Below, one piece after another: positions 45,001 to 55,200 of a stretch of DNA of 64,000 nt. Every line of letters starts with the position of its first letter. Within the stretch, counting starts at the first letter, position 1. Where the stretch lies: positions 1-64,000 of the IMG/VR virus record IMGVR_UViG_3300007760_001418. One strand, 5' to 3'. The position numbers and the translations under genes were made by a program. Origin of the DNA: a virus. Below the pieces are notes generated by a model. The model did no database searches, was not told the origin of the DNA, and was given only the letters and a program-made list of their open reading frames with translations.

Positions 45001-45393
45001 GATGGTGATTCTACAGATATAGTTCCTCGTAATGATGAAGGTAGCAACTACCCTGCTGTCAATGCTGTAACAACAGGTGCCGATGTAGATAAAATGCTGG
45101 TCGAAATAAAACTACCTGATGGTGGGAATGATACAACAGGGTGGATGGACTGTGCTACACAATTTCAACCCGGGCAATTTAATGATGGTGATGGATGCTT
45201 AGGGCCGGCGTATACCTCTCCTGCTAGTTGTACAGATTCACATCGTATATGTAATACTTCACCCGGTGAGATTAGAATTTTTCTTGACACTAGAAAAGTA
45301 GCTCCAGGGGAATGGATAGTCGTTCGGTTGTGTACCAGCGAAGGTTGGGTAGGGTCTATCAATAAATTAGAAGTTGACTGGGGTGGGTACTAA
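42019..45393 (+). CDS. large virion structural/tail-fibre-like protein
   Basis: 1124 aa, Gly/Thr/Asp-rich; ERVGIHTPDPLFDLHI fibre repeat; QRSRG..DGDRLGSIYFQG module. Confidence 0.7.
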   Translation: MGSPKDFLAKQIRTTQVMASGSFGNEYPDLLIYRTWPHYDGALPPHIEAGITGTAGELSIGKDVWFYVDAASGPNHPIGQTGDSGTVRENNSVVLFAGDVVVSGTLWAERQVLEVTTIASDKFEGDMILSGNLFAKDQYSGSGATFIAPGANQWVDFQSLGGTSLFVIDSVNERVGIHTPDPLFDLHIVDDREGNARFAITQYADDSPGDGPDIMLQRSRGDLSAGASGVVDGDRLGSIYFQGAAGPAGILGNDQIAAAVSAVVQGNPTIDDGGVPAAIGWRTGDGTETTLKWRLASSADGRIGIGGHNATKDGDAQLHIIWSSATGAGVTSAFDPGATSMLVGDGPLKIEGLELDTTATKNLVISDDGVVKYGYATIGPPCETTLCDGDPDNTYADGLFMDWTELTPLGCAIDRMNEVLGSMAPQPAPLCNSLDEVTTTVGNLVSSDFRPATLSELTHPEWLGGGQTAHGTVNAISEFVGPVGMFPGPIIQNGYYSANAASATYPDPEDPRGATSPTEHERDHRLGVFYGHATNLDERPTFKCIMNWNDDQDPASGAAIGANYPTGAFGRGDQGTLSLWVNGTIQAELVLDGATEGATSSLGANGDLISVGTLEPAHFDNGEELCTYFHRESGEVHIGGTSMRLGWNWARIQHHGTDMVDEGNGIFTNFITWILDDHANEPQINPQSTPAVTESSYTWLSGVKYIKTGNVAYSYTIDGAYENFYWPTNALAGSYAVQWHDESPNGAALTLPTPKDLPAAGSYTDTVLSTAIQDNAGTANLLVPTCNLVNGRWGDEIDLRITVQHPFDNADIGPDAAWATTASWNKCFKEEIDSGWNDTFLIYDSEWDHGTGYAAEPTCESTTVELFRTEYWRLQDNDSNGSGTHMNDYDTQNDVTSAVGTGIPANAWNSQIALSPVTTGHKGLLCCKGRLSSPSNTDHVAVTDGRFGDVNHPAGNIDYDGENHTNHVRWFYRAFQNPPSGGFEASFLINIETNDGDSTDIVPRNDEGSNYPAVNAVTTGADVDKMLVEIKLPDGGNDTTGWMDCATQFQPGQFNDGDGCLGPAYTSPASCTDSHRICNTSPGEIRIFLDTRKVAPGEWIVVRLCTSEGWVGSINKLEVDWGGY

Positions 45394-45414
45394 TATGCAT
45401 GTGGAGACTAAATA

Positions 45415-48400
45415 ATGGCTAATATGCTAAATGAAACAAGGCTTCAAATTGTATTGAAAAAGCTTGTAGGACGAGCTACAACTGTAGCTAAGTCTGATGA
45501 GGGTTACCTTAATGAAAAGTACCCTACAAACATTACAACATCCGCAACAACTAGTTTTGCAGAGGCACTTCCAAACGTTCCACTTCGGCCCGGGCCGACG
45601 AATGGTACCGCTGGTATTCAAGGAACCCCTGGTACTATTACTAATAGTGCTGGTGCAGAATGTAATGATGGCGGTCCCGGAATTATGTATACAGATGGAG
45701 TTGTAGAATGTGTACAGCTTGATTTTATCCCAATTGATACCAGTGTATACCCAGGCCCGGATGGCTCTAATTTACAGTATCATGCATATAAAGCCAGGTT
45801 ACCAAGTGATTACGATACCGATAGTAATAATCCAAGAGCTGGTACAACAGGGTGGAATGGTGAAGACTATCTTTATGAAACACAGGGCCGGGTTCAGTGT
45901 ATACCACCTATATTTGGATATGATGATCCGACCGGCGGAGTTTATGCACCTGGCGACGGCACAGACAAAAGAATATACCAAATAAACGTTGAGCATGCGA
46001 GCGGGCCTATAGAAAATGCCGACCTTCGTAACTGGTATTTTGATTATTATAATGGTATCTTTTTTCAAGAACGATCTTATGAAGATGACGCCGGTAATGT
46101 ATTACCTGAGCCTACAACCGGTGAGGTGTTACTTTACATCGGCGACTTTGTAGATGAAGCACTCCAGGTTGCCATGGAAATGCCGGCAGCTGACTCAGAC
46201 TGGTGGGAAGCCGGCACGTCAGGACCATTCGATACTCATCTAATTACAACATCATCAGTAGCTATCGGCACAGGTCACACAGGCATTACTGCATACGATA
46301 CTGGTAAGGATACATTCTTCTTTGTCGGTGGCACAGCTGGTAGTCGAGCAGAATGGCTAGCTGGTACGGGCGGTGCTCCTGGTGTTGCCCACTTCGGCGG
46401 GGACCTGGCACTCAGTGGAAACCTTGCAGCAGGAAGTACTGCCACAGTCTCACCTAATGTATTGGTTGCACCCTTCGCGGAAGATGAGCCACAGTTTGCA
46501 CACATAATGACTGGGTCATACATCGATATCGGAAACTTTATCGAGGGTGGTGTTAGTGGTGGGTATGCATGCCCTGCTGATCCCACATTCGGTGGAGTAA
46601 TAGCCTCGACGGAACTCTGCTATTATATTTTTGATAATGTTGAAGTTCCAGATGAAATTAATGGTGGGTATAGATCATTACAGACTGGAGACGGAATCGG
46701 TGCATGGTTAATTGATTCAACCGGCGCGCAGCTATATTGCGGATATCACGACGGAACAAGCACACCTTTTGGAAGCCTGCCGACAGAGACAATTGTCGTT
46801 CACGGCTATGATTCCAATACTCCGGGGACTAATGAATATTTTGTGTCTGGAGAAGTTCCTCAGTTTACGATTTATGACAACGTCGGTGGGAAGTGTTGGC
46901 CGGCTGAAGTTTGTGGAGCTCCTTGTGGTTTAACAGCTGCCGGTGGGTTCGCCGCCAATACGAGTAATTCACATACTACCTTACGCGGCACCGGTGTGGG
47001 CTATGATGAAGCGGGCTTTGTAGCCATCCGGCAAATCTGTCAACTAGAAAACCAACTCAGGTTCTCAGATAATAGTGTTGGTATTTTTACTGGTGGAGAA
47101 GAACCAGGCCTGTTGAACGGTGCCTTTGTCAGAGTCATTGAAGCTAGGGATGGTTCTGCAGGTGATATAGAGCTGTTAGCTGGAAAAAATAAGATCAATA
47201 CGCCCCCTGACCACCTCGGAGGTACTAGCACAAATAGGGCTGGTAATATCAACATGCTTTCTGGTGATGGAGTCTGGGAGGGTGGTGATATCAATATCAT
47301 TGCCGGCGGTTCAGGCGGGACATGGACACTAGAGGGATCAGAAACTCCGGCTAGAGAGGGTGGCCCTTTCGGTGGCGATATCAGTATATTTGCAGGAGTA
47401 GGTGCATATGCTGGTAATATTGCCATTGCTGGTGGGAAGTGTAATGGTTACTCATCAAGCAATCCAAATTATTTTGGTGGAGAAGTTACACAAAAGAGAT
47501 CTGGTGATGTATACATCGATGGTGGGAATACTGAAAGTGGTGAAAGCAAATTCCGAGCCAGTGTATTAATCAATACAGTCAAGGATCCGGGGGAAGGACC
47601 TAACTTTGGCCCGAACGGCGAGGGATGGTGCAATAGTAGGTTTGCAGAGTGGACAACAAATCAAATAGATGTTGCTGGAAATGATGTAACATTCGTCTGT
47701 AACCAAAAAGCAACTAGGCTGGCAGCGATGATGGCACCGAGTACCTCTCTTAATAAAATCTTAACAGCATGTGATTATCAAAATAATGTAGCACCTGGGG
47801 GTAGTTGGTCAGATGAAGCATTAGAGGGCCCATTTCGAATAAGGTACTCATATGCCGGGGCTGGTTCACAATACCCAACACCAACCGGATGGTCTTTACC
47901 TCCTGCCAACGATTTATGTTGGCTTATTGAATGGGGAATGATTACAGTTACTACAACGGTACCAGCCGGAGAGCAATGGGAACTAAGAATAACGAAATTT
48001 GATCAAGGGTATGGTGGTGTTACTGGAGACACAACAATCAAAGGGTTGGCAGATGCACTCTTTGATATAGCACAACTAAATAACCCAGGCCTACCGAATC
48101 CCAAATGGAGAATATCTGTCTATGGGTCGCCGACGACCCAGTATGTACCGCCCCCTCTAGTAATTCCAATTTCTTTAACTTTCGATCCCAGCATAGGGAG
48201 TAACAACACAGCAGGTACATCATTAGATTCTGGGGAGAATGGGTTTAGAGTAAGTAGTTTTCCAGATCCTGCTGATGAACTATATACGGATTCTAGGCGA
48301 GGCCTGGGTGTAGGACAACCTAACCCAGCCGCTACAATCCATATAACTGAAAATGGTAAATGGAAAGACCACCGGCCACAGTGCCCTACTGAATTCAGTT

Positions 48401-49167
48401 CCCCTATTGCAGTTGATGGTCTACAGGAACTGGACTATGGTGCACTAATGGTCACCCTCCCAGATATTTGGGGAGAATTCGGGCTTAATCAGGAAATGAC
48501 TGATCTCGTTTATAAGCTTGATCTAGCTACTAGTATTGCAATTATTGGGCTGGCTGGACAATTACAGGCTAGGCTTGGTAACGACGACGGCGATGATGTA
48601 CCACCTAAAAAGTCACCGATACCAGTATATACAGACATAGTAAAAATTGATGGTACCCTGGTTAATTCTGGATTTATTACTAATGCAAGATATGAATTGG
48701 ATACACAATTTAGGCCTGAAGAGCCACCAGTATGGCCGCCGCTTTGTCCTGATGGCAGCCAGCCACCATGTGATGAACCACATATAGAGTTTGACCCTTC
48801 CATACCAGGAATATTTGGGCAAGAAGAATTTGATAATACAGTTATGGTTGATACAACTGACATTCTTATTAAGGCCCAAGCCGATGCAAATGGCAAGGTG
48901 CTAGAATTGATACTGCCTTCTGGTATTAATTCCGTAGATGCTACAGGGGCACTGGTAAAAGAAATGTCTTATCCTGGTCTGGGAAGAGTAATACAGATAA
49001 AGGATTTCGGTGGTGAGGCTGGAACCAAGGATGGATTTGATATAAAGATTATCCCACAAGACGGTGAGTTAATCGATGGCCTTGTAGAAACAGTGCTAAA
49101 CCAACCCTACTCAAGCATAACGCTAATAGGAAATGGCCGAGATGGTTGGTCAGTGGGGGGCAGATAA
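45415..49167 (+). CDS. large virion structural/tail-fibre-like protein
   Basis: 1250 aa; GDI.I.AG repeats, LGVGQPNPAATIHI, C-term LP..GRVIQIKD.GG..IDG..L..PYSSITL..GW domain. Confidence 0.7.
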   Translation: MANMLNETRLQIVLKKLVGRATTVAKSDEGYLNEKYPTNITTSATTSFAEALPNVPLRPGPTNGTAGIQGTPGTITNSAGAECNDGGPGIMYTDGVVECVQLDFIPIDTSVYPGPDGSNLQYHAYKARLPSDYDTDSNNPRAGTTGWNGEDYLYETQGRVQCIPPIFGYDDPTGGVYAPGDGTDKRIYQINVEHASGPIENADLRNWYFDYYNGIFFQERSYEDDAGNVLPEPTTGEVLLYIGDFVDEALQVAMEMPAADSDWWEAGTSGPFDTHLITTSSVAIGTGHTGITAYDTGKDTFFFVGGTAGSRAEWLAGTGGAPGVAHFGGDLALSGNLAAGSTATVSPNVLVAPFAEDEPQFAHIMTGSYIDIGNFIEGGVSGGYACPADPTFGGVIASTELCYYIFDNVEVPDEINGGYRSLQTGDGIGAWLIDSTGAQLYCGYHDGTSTPFGSLPTETIVVHGYDSNTPGTNEYFVSGEVPQFTIYDNVGGKCWPAEVCGAPCGLTAAGGFAANTSNSHTTLRGTGVGYDEAGFVAIRQICQLENQLRFSDNSVGIFTGGEEPGLLNGAFVRVIEARDGSAGDIELLAGKNKINTPPDHLGGTSTNRAGNINMLSGDGVWEGGDINIIAGGSGGTWTLEGSETPAREGGPFGGDISIFAGVGAYAGNIAIAGGKCNGYSSSNPNYFGGEVTQKRSGDVYIDGGNTESGESKFRASVLINTVKDPGEGPNFGPNGEGWCNSRFAEWTTNQIDVAGNDVTFVCNQKATRLAAMMAPSTSLNKILTACDYQNNVAPGGSWSDEALEGPFRIRYSYAGAGSQYPTPTGWSLPPANDLCWLIEWGMITVTTTVPAGEQWELRITKFDQGYGGVTGDTTIKGLADALFDIAQLNNPGLPNPKWRISVYGSPTTQYVPPPLVIPISLTFDPSIGSNNTAGTSLDSGENGFRVSSFPDPADELYTDSRRGLGVGQPNPAATIHITENGKWKDHRPQCPTEFSSPIAVDGLQELDYGALMVTLPDIWGEFGLNQEMTDLVYKLDLATSIAIIGLAGQLQARLGNDDGDDVPPKKSPIPVYTDIVKIDGTLVNSGFITNARYELDTQFRPEEPPVWPPLCPDGSQPPCDEPHIEFDPSIPGIFGQEEFDNTVMVDTTDILIKAQADANGKVLELILPSGINSVDATGALVKEMSYPGLGRVIQIKDFGGEAGTKDGFDIKIIPQDGELIDGLVETVLNQPYSSITLIGNGRDGWSVGGR

Positions 49168-49200
49168 TGACAACAATTATTTCTTATCGGAGATTAACTA

Positions 49201-52200
49201 ATGGCGTCTTATAGATGGTATGACGGGCAACGTATATACGATACGTTAGATGACTTGAAAGAAATAAAGACCCAGGAGGCTCCTCCATTTAAGGGTACTA
49301 TTGCTATTGTTACAAGTCCTGGATATAATTGTCCCGTTTCGAGTAACTGGGAATTATTTGATCGTGGATTTCAAAGCAAAAGAATAGAGGAAGCCCAGGG
49401 TGGTGGAGCCAGCGTTGAAGCTAATCTATGTGATCAAATTAAAGCATGGGATTATGAAAAAATCCTACAAGAAATTTTTAGACAAGAGGAAACTAGCTCT
49501 CTAGGGTTTGGGGGATATGAGGAATCAGATCCGGGCGCCGGCGGAAAAACCAGGTCCATGGCCATGGAAAATTGGGCTGCCCAACCATCTGAGAAACAAA
49601 TAAGGGCTGTATATTCAAAGCACTTGGAATATATGGATGGCGACAGAACATGGTCACCTACACTATTCGATATAAAATATATTATTGCACCTATGATGAT
49701 GCGGTCACTTGGCAAGGAAGATGAAGATCTAGATTTAAGCGATCTCTATAAAAAGCTAATTGAGAGCCTGCTAAAGTCGACATACTCAGAGGTAGGTGAA
49801 AGATATGATTGCCTAAATGCCGCTCTAGACAGTGGCAGGTTCACAGCAATGCAAAGCTTTAGGGATGGTTTTATTACGAAGTCCGTTGAAGTTCAGGCCG
49901 GGGGATGGGTTGATTATGCCATGTACACCCAAGGTGCACAACAAACTTCAGAGAATGGATATTATGGTAATGCTGAGTCACAAGCTTTCCAGGCTGAAGC
50001 AACATATGGCCAGGTGGCCTCACAAACTTCCGAGGATGATTGGAAAAACCAGGCCCAGCAAGCACAACAGGATTCTGCACCTCAAACTAAAATTGAAGAG
50101 CAACAGCTAGGTCCAATCATAAGTTGCCTATCGGCTGGTGGTGAAGTTTTACTGCCTTGGGTTATGGATACGGAGGGGAAGGGTCAACCTATCGGATGGG
50201 TTGTTAATCCAGAAATTCCTGGTGCTATGGGAATTGATAGACCATTGGGGGAAGGCACTGTCCACCCCATGGGTCGGGAAACCACCTACATTTTTACTAG
50301 CCGTATTAATGTTGATCCGATGTTATTTCCAATCCCGGATGAGCTTAACCGATACCTAAAGACAGAAGAAAAGGTACAAGGACCGGTTGCAATAAGCTAT
50401 GCATATATCCAAGGGCAATGGGCACTGTATTCTGACCGTGATCCTAAAAGTAAGGGATTAGTACTAGATAAGCCAGAAGAAAACCAACAAGATGATCTAA
50501 CATTAGAGTATTCTGTTGATGGCAATGACTGGATCGAAGTTATTAATCATCCCGCTGATGATAATGAGCAGCCCGCGGTTCGCATGCGGAGAGGTGAAAA
50601 TCCCTGGCGTGTACATGGGGTGGTCATTGACTCAGACGAAGAATTCTATATAAGGTTTGTACAAAAAAGCTTTAATAGAGGAAGCCACCGGGTATCTGAT
50701 GAGTGGTCAATTGATGATGTTATTGTATGCGGCCTCGGCGGTGATGGTGAGTCCGCGGAAGTAAAGCAGGGTGAACCAAGATCAGGTGAAGGAACAAAGG
50801 AAGATTGTCTAGAGTATTGTGGACCAGGTACCGGTATTGGTGTCTATGTTTGGATTCCAACCATGCGACTCGAGGATGCCTGGATAGAGTTGCAGGGTGG
50901 CTCATGTCATGATGTATCATTTAGTGAAGAACAAGAAGATGCAATCGGAATTGGTAGATTTGTCGTTCGACCGAATGATAGACAGGGTGGCACTACAAAT
51001 AATCCTGAGAGTAATGGCGGGCCGGGAGACACCGGCCGGTGGGTAAGTGTAATCCCATCAGCATTATGGAAAAGACTATTAGGTCCAGAGCGACTCGAAA
51101 CACATGTAATGTCACACCAAGATTGTCTTGCTGTATGTGATGGACCCCCTATTTCCAATAGTGCGGGTGGTGAGTATTATGGTGAGAAAGCGTTTGATAC
51201 ATTTGATGGATTTGATACACTTTTACTTAAGCCTACCCCTCTCCGTCATGATGGATATGGGATATATGGTGGTGTCTGGTTACCAAAATTAGGAAATGAG
51301 GGCGATGAAGTAGAGATTCATGTGACCGCAGCAATAAATGCTTGGGGGGCAGGGGTTTATGAATTTGAAACCGACACAACACCGGCTGTTGTTATTATGG
51401 TTCTTGACAGTTATGATTCCAACGGTGATGGGATCCCAGACGGTGATGGGTGGAATGGAACCGTATTACGGTTAAAGAATGTTGAGACAAATGAATTAGT
51501 AGATGGTGAGATTACTCTGCTGGATGGTGCCACCGGCGAAATTATGTTTACGTCTTTACAACCGGAGACTAAGTATCGGCTTTGGTGCCAAGAAGAAGGG
51601 AACTGGTCCTATGAAATAGGGATGGAAATTAAGGATCAAGATTCTGGAAGTGTATTACTCAATATTCCATTTGGTAGTATTACTGAAGCTGATCTGGCAC
51701 CCGGTCATGATGTTAATAATTCTGGTGGTAATGGTGGTGGCAATGACGGGCCACCTGAAATAACTGGGGAAGGACTCACTTTAAGAGTTTATTGTGGCAC
51801 TGGTATTGAAGCCTATAGTAACACAGAGGTAATGATCCAGAACTCAGAATTACTGGGTGAAGTTGAAGCCGATATGACAGGGATTGTAATCCCTGCAGGG
51901 CAGACTAAAGAACTGGGATTGAATCTTAAACTTAAAGCAATTCCTTGGGATTACCCAGAAGGCATGCCACCTGAAGCTATTGAGCAGTGTGACAGTCTTT
52001 GGAAGCAAATAGAAGATGCAAAGGCACAATGTCAGGCGACCGAGGCTTTATTAGCGGAGTTATACGTTACATATCATGAAAACGACTGTAATGGTGAGGG
52101 TGACCCAGAACTTTGTGCACAAATACAAGGACAGATTACAGAAGCCCAAGCTGAGCTAGAGGGTCTAAATGAGCATATATCACAATTAACATATGGGTAT

Positions 52201-55200
52201 AGCAATAGTTGCCAACAGGATGGTGGATGGACAGCAAGAGAATCAACAATTACAGGTTCAAGAGCACTAAGGGGTATAATACCGGTTAGCCCTTACCCTA
52301 CGAGGCTAGGGCCGGCAAATGATAAGTGGCATTGTTTTAGAAATAGCCAGCACTTAAGTAATTGGTTTTCTTCAGCACATGTGACGAATCCAGGCGGGGA
52401 TGGTTGGGCTTGTGATAAGTCAATCTTTGTGACATGGCAATGGGGCACCAGCGGGGACAATATGGGCTGGCAACCCAATCCAGATGCAGGGTATAATATT
52501 GCCTTGACCCAATTTAACATGAATGTCCAGGTACCGGTATGTAGTGAACAATTACTGGATAGTGGTAAAGAATGCAATCCAATGGGTTGTACAGATCAAG
52601 ATGCATGTAACTATAATGAGAATGCAACAATAGATGATGGCAGTTGCATGTTTGAAGATTGTTTCGGGGAATGCGGTGGAGATGCTGTTGACTTAGGTTG
52701 CGGTTGCGGAGAGCCTGCTCCCACGTATGTCTGCGATAATTCATCTGAGCTAGTTTGTGAAGAATGTGATTGTCCACCGCCCACAGCTTTTAATCATTCT
52801 GCCGGTATGAATGAAGATGAATCATACACGGCTACAATTACAGGTAGCGGGCATAATGCAGGCTGGACGGTCAGCAGTTACCCTACAAGTGGAAGCGTTA
52901 CACTCGATTCGGATACTGGCGAGTTCACCTACGTACCTAACGAGGAGTTCTCTGGAAATGATAGCTTCGTCGCTAAGATTACAGACAGTTGTGGAAGAAC
53001 TGCATATGCAGATGTTAACATTATTGTTACCCCAGTAAATGATCCGCCTATTGCAATTATCGGACATGACATGGAAGATGGTGATGGTGGTGGTGGCAGC
53101 AATAATATCACTATAACAAATATAGAGGCAGTGAACTTAGAACTGAATGCGTCGGCCTCATATGATGTCGATAATTCTCCAGGAGATCTAACATATCGTT
53201 GGACGTCAGCAATAGCACCTGGTAGTTCATGTACTAGTGATGATACTTGCCAAGAAGGGTATTATTGTGATATGGGGACATGTCAACCCATAGTACTTTC
53301 GGAAGGAATTACATTTAAGCCATGGAGCTCCGTCGACGCGTCCCAAATTGGACCGGGATCCTATACATACTTCTTAGTTGCTTCTGACCCCCAGACAGAT
53401 TCTGCAGCAGATAGCATTACAATTATCGTACTACCAAATTTGGGTTGTACAGAGACGTCGGCATGCAACTATAATGAGAATGCCAATGTTGATGACGGCA
53501 CCTGCGAGTTCGCTGGTGAATGCTATGATTGCTTTGGGAATTGCATATGCGAAGAAGATTGCTTTGGAGAATGTGGCGGGGCCGCTGTAGAAGATGATTG
53601 CGGCGAGTGCAACGGAGATAATAGCACATGTTCCGGCTGTACAGACGATACAGCATGTAATTATGACCCTAGTGCAACCATTGATGATGGCAGTTGCCAA
53701 TATGCAGATTGGGAATGCTGGGACGGAAGCTTCGTTTGTGAAGAAACATTATGTCCACCCGCGGTATTTTGTTTAGGCGCAGAGTGGGATGCAGAACAAG
53801 GGCAAGAAGGTGCACTTGGCCTAACATTCAAATGGCCAGAAGAGCCTGAAATCGTCGGATTCCAGATCGGACTTGACGCCGGCGCCGGCTTTAACTTAAG
53901 AAATGTATTTGGTGGAGCAGCAGGAGAAGCTGGTTTCAATATATCTCACTCTGGTGGCGGAACTATAGTTGCATTTTCAAATGCAGGGTCATCAATCCGT
54001 GGAAGTGATTGTAACGGCACACCTCTAATCTATCTTGATTTTATAGGGGAACTAGGGCCAAACTTTGTTAATAATGTATATGTACAATTCCTTGTAAGTG
54101 ACCCACTGTTTATTGTCAATTACCAGGATAATACAAACGGTGGTGTTGTACAACTCGACCTTGGGTGTTGTGAGAATGATCGGGCAACGAATGACCCACG
54201 AAAATCTGGTTGTGATAATGTTAAAGGATCTGGAACAACATACGATGACTGCGGCATATGCCGAGACCTTAAAGATCCGGATTGGAATTCCACGTGCCTC
54301 GACTGTAATGACGTCCCGGGTGGTACCGCAGAAATAGATGATTGCGGCGACTGTTGGGAAAATGGGCGCGAGAATGCTAATTGGAATAGTAAAGATGAAG
54401 GCTGTGGTTGTGGCAACGGTGCGAAGATAGCTAGCGGTAAGAATAAAGGTTGTTGTCCGGATGAAGCTGTCAACAATGTTGGTTGTGGTTGCGATGAGTC
54501 CGGTAATGCAATCAGTAAGAAGCAAAACGGTTGTTGCCCAGGTGTGGCCAAGGGAGATTGTGATTGTGATGAATCTGGCCAGAGGGTCGACGTCGATGCA
54601 GACAATTGTTGCCCAGATGGAAAAGGACCGGATGGTGAAGAAAAAGACTGCGCCGATGAATGTGGTGGCCCAAAGAAATCAGATGAATGTAATGACTGCG
54701 AAGATCCCGCTAGCAATGATTGGGTATCGGTATCCACAAACTTTAGCTTAGGTGCACCATGTGATTGTGATCCGGTAGTAAATTGGGATGAATGTGAAAA
54801 CTGCCCAAGCGATGACAACTATCAAGCACCAAAGGCTTATCCTGCAATTAACCCAACTGATGGGCCTTGTTGCCCGGGTGATCCAGGATATGGAAATCTT
54901 AAGCCTCAAAAACAAGAAAACATTGGTAAACCATGTAACTGTGCCGGCGACGTATGGGACTGCAGGGGCATATGTGGCGGTGGTGCTATCGATGAAGGGT
55001 GTGGATGTGGCAATGGTCCGGTAAATGCTGAAACAGGATGTTGTGACAAGGGTCCAAGGAAGAATAAAGGGCCGAATGGCGAAGCCCCCGATTGTGCAGG
55101 TAAATGTGGCGGCTCAGCTACTGAAGATGATTGCAGTAATTGTAGTGACATCAGTGAAGGTGACGATGGTTGGAATGATTGTTGGGACTGTGAAGGTACA

